A DNA stretch of 36,449 bases, from IMG/VR virus record IMGVR_UViG_3300047457_000647, positions 1-36,449 of that record; one strand, 5' to 3'. Source of the stretch: a virus (lineage: Duplodnaviria; Caudoviricetes). The translations under genes and the position numbers were made by a program. The notes under the pieces were generated by a model that worked only from the letters and a program-made list of their open reading frames with translations, had not been told where the DNA came from and did not search any database. Shown here piece by piece: positions 1 to 8,478 of the stretch (position 1 is the stretch's first letter; each line of letters begins with the position of its first letter).

Positions 1-990
1 TTGGTGGCGGAGGCGCGTGGGACGGGGAACCCCGAGTTGATCGAGATGCTGTACTGGCAGCACCCCGAGAAGAACAGGGGCGCGGAAACCCGCGTGGACT
101 TCGACGGCACCATAACGGGCGTCACGGGAGGCACTTACGTCTGGACGCCGTGGCTCGGGGACCAGTTGCGCAAGCGCGACAAGGTCGATCTGGCGCAGAA
201 CGTGTTCGCGGAGGCGATGGGTGCCGGGGCGGCGTTCTTCCCGTCCGCGGCGGTGACGGCGCACAGGCGGGAGTTCGGTCGCGAGCCTCGCCGGGCGAAC
301 TGGATCAAGGGCCGTTGGGTGGACAGCCCGACCGGCCGGTGGCGCCTGTGGGCGGACGTGGAGGTCGGTTCCTACGCGGTCGGGATCGACCCTGCCTACG
401 GGACGGGAAACCATGCATCGGCGGTCGCCGTGGTGGACGCGGAGACGAAGTCCCTCGTCGCCATGATGGTCGATGCGAACATCACCCCCGCCGACCTTGC
501 GGCGGAGGTGGCGGACGTCTGCCGCGGGGCGTTCCGGGACTCGGTGGTCGCATGGGAGGTCAATGGCCCGGGCCAGAGCCTCCAGCGCGACTTCGAGGCG
601 CAGCGGTTCCATCGCGTGTGGAAGCCCCGAAGGGAGGGCAAGACCACGCACGGGATCGTGGACAGGGTGGGATGGGTGTCGAGCGAGAGCACGAAGCGGC
701 TCTTGCTCGGCAACCTCTCCCGCGCCGTCCAGCAGGGGGAGGTGATCGTCCCGTGCACGGGGACGCTCGACGAGATGCTGGCCTACGTGCTGGACGGGAA
801 CGGCCGCGTCATCCCCGGCAGGCTCCGGGACGAATCGACCGGCGCACGCGAGAACCACGGCGACCGCGTGATCGCGCTGGCGCTGGCATGGCTCGCGATC
901 GACGACGCCCCTGTTCCCGGACAGGAGCAGGACGATTACGCTCCCGGGACGGCCGGAGACCTCCTTCGGCATCGGGAGGTATTCGGATGA
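1..990 (+). CDS. terL: Terminase large subunit, C-terminal RNase H-like nuclease domain (5' truncated)
   Basis: YAVGIDPAYGTGNHASAVAVVD, WEVNGPG and HGDRVIALALA motifs typical of the TerL nuclease; upstream of the portal. Confidence 0.9.
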   Translation: MVAEARGTGNPELIEMLYWQHPEKNRGAETRVDFDGTITGVTGGTYVWTPWLGDQLRKRDKVDLAQNVFAEAMGAGAAFFPSAAVTAHRREFGREPRRANWIKGRWVDSPTGRWRLWADVEVGSYAVGIDPAYGTGNHASAVAVVDAETKSLVAMMVDANITPADLAAEVADVCRGAFRDSVVAWEVNGPGQSLQRDFEAQRFHRVWKPRREGKTTHGIVDRVGWVSSESTKRLLLGNLSRAVQQGEVIVPCTGTLDEMLAYVLDGNGRVIPGRLRDESTGARENHGDRVIALALAWLAIDDAPVPGQEQDDYAPGTAGDLLRHREVFG

Positions 991-1280
991 TGATCTGCAA
1001 CGCCGACAGGGTCCGCGGGTGGCTTGACGAGCACGAGGAGACGTCCATGCTCGCTGACGGATTCGACGACGCCGTCATCGGGCTAACCCGCGACCTCAAG
1101 ACCTCGAAGTACCGCGTCGTGTATGACGTCAAGCGTTGCCTCCACATCCTCATCAACGACCACGGCATGGATGAGGACGAGGCGATCGAGCACTTGGAGG
1201 TGAACGTCGTCGGCGCGTACGTCGGCGACATGACCCCGGTGTGGATGTTCCTTCCCGCCGTGGACGAGGACGACGACTGA
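987..1280 (+). CDS. Acidic conserved phage hypothetical protein (97 aa)
   Basis: ATGA overlap with the terL stop, GGAGG upstream; ADGFDDAVIG..VVYD..EAIEHLEVNVVGAYVGDMTP resembles a recurrent phage family. Confidence 0.85.
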   Translation: MMICNADRVRGWLDEHEETSMLADGFDDAVIGLTRDLKTSKYRVVYDVKRCLHILINDHGMDEDEAIEHLEVNVVGAYVGDMTPVWMFLPAVDEDDD

Positions 1281-1513
1281 TGGCACGCAAGCGAGGGCCG
1301 AACCTCTCGGTCGGCAGGGGCGAGAAACTCCCGGTGTCAAAGGGCGCTGGCCTGACCGCCAAGGGCAGGGCGAAGTACAACCGCCAGACGGGGAGCAACC
1401 TTCAGGCGCCGACCAAGGACAAGGACAATCCACGCCACAAGTCCTTTTGCGCCCGCAGCAGGTCGTGGAAGGGCGAGCGCGGCAAGGCCGCACGCGCACG
1501 GTGGGGGTGCTGA
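1280..1513 (+). CDS. Small basic protein (DUF6321-like, 77 aa)
   Basis: TGATG coupling; GLTAKGRAKYNRQTGSNL..RHKSFCAR..ARWGC. Confidence 0.8.
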   Translation: MARKRGPNLSVGRGEKLPVSKGAGLTAKGRAKYNRQTGSNLQAPTKDKDNPRHKSFCARSRSWKGERGKAARARWGC

Positions 1514-1514
1514 C

Positions 1515-1646
1515 ATGGCGAAGAACTCCCTCGTCGGCAACATCAACAAGCGTCGCAAACTCGGGATCTCGCGCCCCAAGTCTGCCAAGTCCGTCAGCGC
1601 GAAGTCGTATGCCGCAATGAAGCGCGGCTGGAAGAAAGGCAAGTGA
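1515..1646 (+). CDS. Small Lys/Arg-rich protein (43 aa)
   Basis: MAKNSLVGNINKRRKLGISRPKSAKSVSAKSYAAMKRGWKKGK; starts 1 nt after the previous stop. Confidence 0.8.
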   Translation: MAKNSLVGNINKRRKLGISRPKSAKSVSAKSYAAMKRGWKKGK

Positions 1647-1756
1647 TGCCGAAGGTCGGAAAGAAGTCGTTCCCGTACACCGCGAAGGGCAAGATGGCCG
1701 CGAAGGCCTACGCCAAGAAGTCCGGCAAGAAGATGTCGAAGGGCAAGGGCTACTGA
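1646..1756 (+). CDS. Small Lys-rich protein (36 aa)
   Basis: MPKVGKKSFPYTAKGKMAAKAYAKKSGKKMSKGKGY; TGATG coupling at both ends. Confidence 0.8.
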   Translation: MPKVGKKSFPYTAKGKMAAKAYAKKSGKKMSKGKGY

Positions 1757-1890
1757 TGCCGTTCAAGTCCAAGGCGCAGCAGGGCTTCATGTTCGCCAAG
1801 CACCCGCGGCTCGCGAAGGAGATGGCTTCCAAGACGAAGTCCATGAAGTCCCTCCCGGCCCGCGCCAAGAAGAAGAAGGGACGCAAGTGA
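1756..1890 (+). CDS. Small Lys-rich protein (44 aa)
   Basis: MPFKSKAQQGFMFAKHPRLAKEMASKTKSMKSLPARAKKKKGRK; TGATG coupling. Confidence 0.8.
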   Translation: MPFKSKAQQGFMFAKHPRLAKEMASKTKSMKSLPARAKKKKGRK

Positions 1891-2024
1891 TGGACAACCT
1901 CCAGATCGCCGCCATCGTCGGCCTCTCGTTCGTGACCGGTTTGCTCGTCGGGAACCTGAAGGACGCCGTGGCGTTCGTCAAGTCGTGGTTCCCGGCGAAG
2001 AAGAAGCGGAAGGGCGGCCGCTGA
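1890..2024 (+). CDS. Small single-TM protein with basic tail (44 aa)
   Basis: MDNLQIAAIVGLSFVTGLLVGNLKDAVAFVKSWFPAKKKRKGGR; TGATG coupling. Confidence 0.75.
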   Translation: MDNLQIAAIVGLSFVTGLLVGNLKDAVAFVKSWFPAKKKRKGGR

Positions 2025-2344
2025 TGCAGTTCGTCCGCATCCGTTCGTCGTGGTTCCCCACCGACGGGATCGACCAGATCGACATGGTCGGCGAGCGCGT
2101 GCGGGTCGTCCTGTGCAACGGCATGAAGATCGAACTCGACCCGATCGAGGGCGAGAAGGTGCTCCAGCAGGTCGAGCATGCCAACGGTGCGAGGTTCACC
2201 AAGTCGGGCGAGGCGGTCGATCGCCAGCCCGATCGCACCCAAGCCCTGCTGGAGCGCATCTGCATGCTGGAGGCGAGGCTCGACGCGGTGATCCACCGCA
2301 TGCAGCAGTCGCCGAAGGCAGGGAAGGCGAAGGCCAATGCTTGA
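2024..2344 (+). CDS. Hypothetical protein (106 aa)
   Basis: TGATG-coupled start MQFVRIRSSW; C-terminal coiled coil; overlaps the portal start. Confidence 0.8.
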   Translation: MQFVRIRSSWFPTDGIDQIDMVGERVRVVLCNGMKIELDPIEGEKVLQQVEHANGARFTKSGEAVDRQPDRTQALLERICMLEARLDAVIHRMQQSPKAGKAKANA

Positions 2345-4112
2345 CTTCACGAACATCGCGGCCATCCGCGACGAGATCGACCGTGCGGAGTGGTTCCGCG
2401 ACCAGCACATGCACACGCCGAAGGAACTGCGCGAGTGGTTCTGCGGCCAGTCGTACCGCGAGGGGTGGGGTCAGGATCACCCGGAGAACGCGGTGCACGC
2501 CTACGTCAGCATGGTGCTTCCGCGCATCATCCACGACAACCCGAAGGTGCGCGTCACGAGCGCCCGCCCGTCCGTGCAGCGCACGGCGTGCATGGCGATC
2601 AAGGCCGCGCTGAACCGCTGGAGCCGCATGACCCGCGTGCGCGGGACGGTGGAGCGGATCGCGACCGACATGCTCATGGGATGGGGCGTCGGCCTCGTCG
2701 TGAACGAGGCCAAGTCGTCCGAGCGCCAGTGGGATGCGAGCGGCCCCTACCTGCCGCGCCTCTACCGCATCGACCCGGAGCGGTTCTTCATGGACCCCGC
2801 CGCGCAGCACCGCGAGGAGGCCCGCTTCATGGGCCACGTCTGGGTTGCCGACAAGGAGGATCTCCTCCTGCGCGCCGAACTGGACGAGACGTGGAACAAG
2901 GAGGCCATCGAGGCGCTCGGCACCAACAACGGCGTGGACGAGTTGCGCGACGGCCGGGACGTCCCGGAGCGCCGGGAACTGGCGATCTACGAGATCTGGG
3001 TTCCCGAACTGCACGAGGCCGCCGCCGAACTGCTCGACGAGGCGATGGACGAGAGCCTGTTCAACGGCACGATCTACACGATCGCCAAGTACCAAGGCGG
3101 CAGCGACAAGTGCGAGTGCGAGTTCATCCGCAGGCCGCTGCCGTACTACGGCCCATCGACCGGCCCGTACGTGGTGTTCGGCGCCTTCAGCGTGCCGAAC
3201 GACCCGTACCCGCTGTCCCCGATCGTGGCCTGCCGCGACCAGATCCAGTACTGCAACGACATGGCAAAGAGCCAGCAGGAGAACCAGAAGCGGTACAAGC
3301 GGATCCTCGTCGGCGACGCCAAGAACCCGAAGTTCCTTCAGGACGTGGTGAACGCCCCGGACATGTACGTGTTCGCGGAGGCGGGGCTTGACGCCCGCAG
3401 CCTCGCCCCGGTCGAGATCGGCGGGTCCACGAACCAGCACATCCAGTCGGTCGAGACCGCCAAGGAGCGGCTGGACCGCGCCCTCGGCATGTCCGACGCC
3501 ATGCGCGGCAACATCGCCGGAAGCGCCTCCGCGACGGAGGTTGCGGTGGCGGAGTCCGCAAGCACCATGCGCATCGCCCACCTCAAGCGGGCGTTTCAGG
3601 ACTCCGTGGACACGGTGTTCCGCAACGTCGGGTGGTACATGTTCCACGACGGCCGCATCGTCCTGCCCGTCGGCGGGGAGGATGTCCGCGGGACCGGCAT
3701 GGAGGATCCCGTGTTCCAAGGCGGCCTGAAGGTCGGCACTTGGGAGGACATGCAGATCGACGTGGACGCCTACAGCATGGAGCGCACCAGCGAGATGCTG
3801 GCCCAGAAGCGCGCCATCGAGACGTTTCAGGTCATCACGCAGGCAGCGCAGGCCATCCCGGCGATGCCGTGGGTCAAGTGGCGCGACCTGCTCTCCTTCC
3901 TCGGCGACGCCCAGAACGTGCCGCAGATGCAGGACTTCATCGACGAGTCGGTGCTCCAGCAGATGATGCAGGCGCAGCAGGCTCCGCCCCAGTCGGCGGT
4001 GCCGGAGGGGGGTGTTGTCTCCGGAGGCCCGGCGCCTTCTCCTACAGGCGAGGCTCCCGTCGTCCCTGCCCGTGCGCAGGCGGCGATCGCGGGATCAGCA
4101 GCGAGGATGTGA
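2337..4112 (+). CDS. Portal protein
   Basis: 591 aa between terL and scaffold/MCP; NPKVRVTSAR, RIDPERFFMDP, G..DAMRG..SATEV motifs; Q/P-rich tail. Confidence 0.88.
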   Translation: MLDFTNIAAIRDEIDRAEWFRDQHMHTPKELREWFCGQSYREGWGQDHPENAVHAYVSMVLPRIIHDNPKVRVTSARPSVQRTACMAIKAALNRWSRMTRVRGTVERIATDMLMGWGVGLVVNEAKSSERQWDASGPYLPRLYRIDPERFFMDPAAQHREEARFMGHVWVADKEDLLLRAELDETWNKEAIEALGTNNGVDELRDGRDVPERRELAIYEIWVPELHEAAAELLDEAMDESLFNGTIYTIAKYQGGSDKCECEFIRRPLPYYGPSTGPYVVFGAFSVPNDPYPLSPIVACRDQIQYCNDMAKSQQENQKRYKRILVGDAKNPKFLQDVVNAPDMYVFAEAGLDARSLAPVEIGGSTNQHIQSVETAKERLDRALGMSDAMRGNIAGSASATEVAVAESASTMRIAHLKRAFQDSVDTVFRNVGWYMFHDGRIVLPVGGEDVRGTGMEDPVFQGGLKVGTWEDMQIDVDAYSMERTSEMLAQKRAIETFQVITQAAQAIPAMPWVKWRDLLSFLGDAQNVPQMQDFIDESVLQQMMQAQQAPPQSAVPEGGVVSGGPAPSPTGEAPVVPARAQAAIAGSAARM

Positions 4113-4414
4113 TGCCAGCGTACGAGTTCGTCACGGAAGGCGGGATGGTGGTGGAGTGCGTGTTCTCGATGAGCGACGCGCCGACTGTCGGTTCCATGTA
4201 CCAGCATCCCACGCTCGGGCCGATCAGGCGCATCGCCAGCGCCTCGCAGGTCAGCCCGAACTTCTGCACGGGCGCATTCCCGTACGTCTCCCACTCCCTC
4301 CCGCGCAACCTCGAAGGTTGCAGGTGCGATTCCAAGGGACACCCGATCATCCACAGCCGTCGCGAGGAGCGCAACGTTGCCTCCAGACACGGCTATGTAC
4401 GCAACGAGGACTGA
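4112..4414 (+). CDS. Hypothetical protein with degenerate FmdB-like N-terminus
   Basis: TGATG coupling; MPAYEF....VECVFSMSDAP resembles the FmdB zinc-ribbon start but lacks CxxC; usual position after the portal. Confidence 0.7.
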   Translation: MPAYEFVTEGGMVVECVFSMSDAPTVGSMYQHPTLGPIRRIASASQVSPNFCTGAFPYVSHSLPRNLEGCRCDSKGHPIIHSRREERNVASRHGYVRNED

Positions 4415-4415
4415 C

Positions 4416-5312
4416 ATGGACAGCGACGCTGAACCCATCGTGCAGGCCGAGACTCCGACCGGCGGGTCGGAGGAGCAGCCCAAGCAGGACACCACGCCAT
4501 CGAACGAGGCCATTCAGGCCGAACCGGACGATGACGATGCCATCCTCGCCAAGTTGCTCGGAACCGAGACGGAAGCGGACAACGAGGCCGACGTGGATTC
4601 GTCCACGACGCCCCCGGCGGCCGCCCCGGATCAGCCCGCCTTCGACCGTGACGCGGTCGCCAAGATCCTCAAGAGGGACGGCGTACCCGACGAGGTCATT
4701 TCCTCGGCTTCACCGGAACTCCTGCTCAAGTGGGCGGAGTCCGCAGCGAAGCGGCAGAAGGACGTTGACTCGTACGGCGGTCGGATGAAGCAACTGGAGG
4801 AGCAACTCGCGAAGGGATCGCAGCCGGAGGCGCCGAAGCAGGACAACACGCCTGCCGCGGCCGCAAAGCCCGCAGCGGATGACCCGTTCGCGCAGATGGC
4901 GGAGGTGTACGGCGAGGACGCCGTCGCTCCCGTCAGGAGCGCCTTCCAGTCGCAGCAGCAGCAGATGCAGGAGCAACTGCTGCTGGCGCAGGCCCGTGCT
5001 GCCGACGCATCGCTCCGCTACCAGTACGGCGCCAAGGCTCCGGCATGGGACGCGGTCCTCGCGAAGATGTCGGAACTCGGGAATGCCAAGCCGGGCGGGT
5101 TTGCGAGCGTCGATGAACTCGCGTCCGCTGCCTACTCGGCCATCGTTGGGTCGAAGCCTTCCGCTCCCGCGAACGTGCGGGCCAGCCAGCCGACCGCGCC
5201 CAAGGGCGCGACTCCGCCGGTGAAGCCGCCGCCGCGTGACGAGGAGGACGAGATCCTTGACCAGATCCTTTCCGGCGGCGGCATGCGCCTCCGTCCGGCA
5301 ACCCGCAAGTAA
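4416..5312 (+). CDS. Capsid scaffolding protein (putative)
   Basis: Acidic low-complexity N-terminus, coiled coil, basic C-terminal tip; directly upstream of the MCP. Confidence 0.75.
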   Translation: MDSDAEPIVQAETPTGGSEEQPKQDTTPSNEAIQAEPDDDDAILAKLLGTETEADNEADVDSSTTPPAAAPDQPAFDRDAVAKILKRDGVPDEVISSASPELLLKWAESAAKRQKDVDSYGGRMKQLEEQLAKGSQPEAPKQDNTPAAAAKPAADDPFAQMAEVYGEDAVAPVRSAFQSQQQQMQEQLLLAQARAADASLRYQYGAKAPAWDAVLAKMSELGNAKPGGFASVDELASAAYSAIVGSKPSAPANVRASQPTAPKGATPPVKPPPRDEEDEILDQILSGGGMRLRPATRK

Positions 5313-5324
5313 GGAGGAGGCACC

Positions 5325-6587
5325 ATGCCTTCGATCACCCAGTTCAACGACTTCATGCAGAGCACCGGCCCTGCGTACCTGAAGTCCGCCGATGCCGTCA
5401 TCAACGAGGCCGTCAAGAACAACTACGTCCTGTCCCGTCTCCTGAAGGAGAAGGCCAGCGAGACGCTCGTTCAGGGCGGCACCACGATCAAGGACGTCAT
5501 CGTCTTTGACGACGCCTCGACCTACCAGAAGTACCAGCCCAACGACACGTTCACTTGGAGCAACCCGCAGGTCACCGACACGCTGTCGGCCCCGTGGCGC
5601 TTCAGCATGGACTACATGTCGTGGACCGATCAGGAGGTCGAACTAAACGACGGCGACGCGAAGGTCATGTACAAGCGCCTCAAGCGCGTCAAGGAGATGC
5701 GCATGTGGACGTCGATGCTGAACGGCATCGAGAACGACCTGTGGCAGTCTCCGTACGCCAACTACTCCAACATGGAGACCGGCGGCAAGGAGCCGTACTC
5801 CCTGCCTTCGTTCATCACCGAGCACGCCCTCTCCACCTCCGCCCTCGGCGAGCGTGGCGGCGTGCCGACCGGCTGGACGAACATCCTCGGCATCAACCCC
5901 TCGAACGACCAGCGGTGGTCGAACCAGATCTCGTTCTACAACCGCAACCTCGGCCGGAACGATGCCGCCGTGCTCAAGGCCGCCGGTGACTACACCGGCC
6001 ACAACGCGAACGCGAGCGTGACCCGCACCGTGTTCAGCATGTTCGGCGCCTTCGACGACATGTACCTGAAGGTGCAGTTCAAGGCCCCGCTCACGCAGCG
6101 CCAGTACTTCGAGGAGACCAACTTCCAGCGCCAGATGATCCTGTGCTCGAAGGACGGCATCAACCAGTACAAGCGCGCCCTGCGTGACACCAACGACATG
6201 CTGGTCAGCCCGCAGGACGGCGCCTACAACACGCCGACCTTCAGCGGCATCCCGCTGGAGTACTGCGCGAACCTCGACACCGCCGAGATCTTCCCGGCTG
6301 CCGCGTCCGCGGTTCCGGACACCCTTTCCGACCGCAACGGCAAGACCGTCACCGGCGGCGGCACCGAGACCGGCTCGACGACGATCGACAAGGGCGCCCG
6401 TTACTACTTCCTCAACGGCGCGTACCTGACCCCGATCTTCCACTCGACCCGGTACATGAAGAAGCACGACGTGATGCGTCACCCGAACCAGCCGTTCACT
6501 TGGGTGCAGCCCGTCGATTGCTGGTGGAACCTGTTCTGCAACAGCCGCCAGCGTCACGGCATCATCGCTCCTCTGCGCTCGGCCTGA
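5325..6587 (+). CDS. Major capsid protein (HK97 fold)
   Basis: 420 aa; strong SD AAGGAGG; strongly biased codon usage; GGTTIKDVI..W....SWTDQEVELNDG pattern; position. Confidence 0.88.
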   Translation: MPSITQFNDFMQSTGPAYLKSADAVINEAVKNNYVLSRLLKEKASETLVQGGTTIKDVIVFDDASTYQKYQPNDTFTWSNPQVTDTLSAPWRFSMDYMSWTDQEVELNDGDAKVMYKRLKRVKEMRMWTSMLNGIENDLWQSPYANYSNMETGGKEPYSLPSFITEHALSTSALGERGGVPTGWTNILGINPSNDQRWSNQISFYNRNLGRNDAAVLKAAGDYTGHNANASVTRTVFSMFGAFDDMYLKVQFKAPLTQRQYFEETNFQRQMILCSKDGINQYKRALRDTNDMLVSPQDGAYNTPTFSGIPLEYCANLDTAEIFPAAASAVPDTLSDRNGKTVTGGGTETGSTTIDKGARYYFLNGAYLTPIFHSTRYMKKHDVMRHPNQPFTWVQPVDCWWNLFCNSRQRHGIIAPLRSA

Positions 6588-6596
6588 TGAATCAAC

Positions 6597-6620
6597 GGGG
6601 GCGGGATTCGTCCCGCCCCC
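6597..6620 (+). terminator. Perfect 10-bp stem with TTCG loop after the MCP (terminator or stabiliser, no U-tract)
   Basis: GGGGGCGGGA-TTCG-TCCCGCCCCC. Confidence 0.6.
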
Positions 6621-6650
6621 TCACTCACACACAAAGGAAGGACAATCAAC

Positions 6651-7160
6651 ATGATTCTTGCTCCCAACAACGGTTCCGTCGGCATCCAGCCCGCTGGAAC
6701 CAAGTGCCGCTGCATCAACCGTCAGGGCAGCGCCCTCGCGGTCGGTGACGTCGTTGTCACCTCGTACGCCCACTCTGGCGCTCTTTACCCGCCCGCCGAC
6801 ACTGTCGCCAGCCTCGAACTGTCGCCGCTTTCGTGCGTGGTCAAGGCTGACGGCAGCCCGACGAGCAGCCCCGGTTTCGTCGGCGTCGTCACCGGCCTCC
6901 TGTCCGGTGCTGGCGCAGATGCGTCGTACGTCGAGGTTCAGTTCGGCGGCATTGCAAACGCCAAGGTCAACGCCTCTGGCGCCGCGATCGCCCTCGGCAG
7001 CGGACTCGTTCTGTCCGATACGGCCGGTCAGTTCGCGAACGCTGGCGGCGGCACCCCGACCGTTGGCCTTGCGATCGCCCTCGGAGCGTGTGCCGATGGT
7101 TCGTCGGCCACGATCCCGGTGATCCTGCCGTCCGTCGCGCACTTCCCGGTTTCGATCTGA
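6651..7160 (+). CDS. Capsid decoration/cement-like protein (putative)
   Basis: 169 aa, G/A/V/S-rich beta protein immediately after the MCP; SD AAGGAAGGA. Confidence 0.6.
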   Translation: MILAPNNGSVGIQPAGTKCRCINRQGSALAVGDVVVTSYAHSGALYPPADTVASLELSPLSCVVKADGSPTSSPGFVGVVTGLLSGAGADASYVEVQFGGIANAKVNASGAAIALGSGLVLSDTAGQFANAGGGTPTVGLAIALGACADGSSATIPVILPSVAHFPVSI

Positions 7161-7175
7161 TAGCGCAACCATTCA

Positions 7176-7203
7176 CCACCCGGCGGGGAAACCCGCCGGG
7201 TGG
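7176..7203 (+). promoter_or_regulatory. 12-bp GAAA-tetraloop hairpin overlapping the ribosome-binding region of the adaptor gene
   Basis: CCACCCGGCGGG-GAAA-CCCGCCGGGTGG, ending 8 nt before ATG 7212. Confidence 0.6.
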
Positions 7204-7211
7204 AATTACCG

Positions 7212-7928
7212 ATGCTCACCTACCTCGACCTGAAGAACCACGTCCTGCTCGCGATCGGCGGCCGCCCCTCGACGGCCTCCGGCCAGACCGTCGCGCAGCG
7301 GCAGGCCGAGATCATCAACATCGCCGGGGAACATTTGTTCACCCACCCGTGGAAGTTCCGCGAGGCGACTGGGACGTTGACGACCGTGTCGGCGCAGGCG
7401 TGGGTCGCGCTTCCGTCCGACTTCGCCGAATTGACGTCCGTGTGGAAGAACGATCAAGCGGTGTGGATCTGCACGCCGGACGACGTCGAGACCGCCCGGA
7501 TCTCGAACTACCCGGACCTGTCGTACCGCGTGTACGTCCGGCACGTCGTCCCGACCAACTCGACGAGCGAGTCGTTCCGCCTCGAACTGTACCCGACGCC
7601 ATCTGCCGCCGAGACGCTGAAGATTCTTTACCGCGTCGGTTGGCAGGGCGTGACGTCGAGCACGACGGACACGGAGGTCATCCGCATTCCACGGCACGTC
7701 GAGGCGACGCTGATCGCCTATGTGCGTGCGGTCGCGGAGTCCTACGAGGACGGCATGCAGAGCCAGCGTTTCGCGGAGATCGAGGCCGGGCCGATCTTCG
7801 GCGCATCCAAGCAGAAGGACGGGATGATGCAGGGCAACTTCGGGCAGGTTCAGCCGAACCTGTGGCGGAGTTCGTCGCGCAACGGTCCCGGCTTCGTCAT
7901 CCTGAACCCCGTGCAGAACCCGTCTTGA
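7212..7928 (+). CDS. Head-tail adaptor / tail tubular protein A-like
   Basis: IINIAGEHLFTHPWKF, ALPSDF, LELYPTP motifs typical of podophage adaptor proteins. Confidence 0.7.
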   Translation: MLTYLDLKNHVLLAIGGRPSTASGQTVAQRQAEIINIAGEHLFTHPWKFREATGTLTTVSAQAWVALPSDFAELTSVWKNDQAVWICTPDDVETARISNYPDLSYRVYVRHVVPTNSTSESFRLELYPTPSAAETLKILYRVGWQGVTSSTTDTEVIRIPRHVEATLIAYVRAVAESYEDGMQSQRFAEIEAGPIFGASKQKDGMMQGNFGQVQPNLWRSSSRNGPGFVILNPVQNPS

Positions 7929-7938
7929 GGAACCACCC

Positions 7939-8478
7939 ATGAGCCTGATCGGCCTTTCCCCCACACTGACCGCCACGCGCACGATGAACGCGCCGCTGAA
8001 CATCGCGTTCGGGACGAACATCGCGATTCCGACGTCCGCCAACCTGACCGTCAAGGGTGCGACCACGACCACCCCGTCCAGCCTCGCTGACGTGGTCGGC
8101 AACAACTACGCCGGTAGCCGCATCGTCGTCGGCCCGCAGTTCAACTACGCGAAGATCCAGTCGGCCACCAGCACGACCGCTTCCGTCGTGATGCACGTCA
8201 TCGGATGGAACAAGGGTGACGACCATGTGTGGCGCCCGCAGTTGCTCACGACCTGCACGATCACTCCCGGCACCGTGAACACCTCGATCAACGGAACGTC
8301 GATGGGACTTGGCCTCACCTACGTCAAGAACTTCGGTGACTGCAAGATCTACAACGGCAACACTGCCGCTGCGTTCGGCGGCTTCATCATCGTCGATCTC
8401 TGCGGAGCGGAACTGCTTGAAATCGCGTACAGCGGCACCGCCGCCGTGACCGCCAACGCCCTCATCGGCTACATCTGA
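7939..8478 (+). CDS. Virion structural protein (hypothetical)
   Basis: 179 aa, T/S/G-rich; SD GAGGA; inside the structural operon. Confidence 0.7.
   Translation: MSLIGLSPTLTATRTMNAPLNIAFGTNIAIPTSANLTVKGATTTTPSSLADVVGNNYAGSRIVVGPQFNYAKIQSATSTTASVVMHVIGWNKGDDHVWRPQLLTTCTITPGTVNTSINGTSMGLGLTYVKNFGDCKIYNGNTAAAFGGFIIVDLCGAELLEIAYSGTAAVTANALIGYI

Noticed and set aside
150-986. Long alternate-frame and antisense ORFs (e.g. 150-1280 upstream part, 2196-3719, 17267-19603, 21665-23410)
   Set aside because: Shadow ORFs expected in high-GC coding DNA; Arg/Gly/Pro-rich and overlapping well-supported genes
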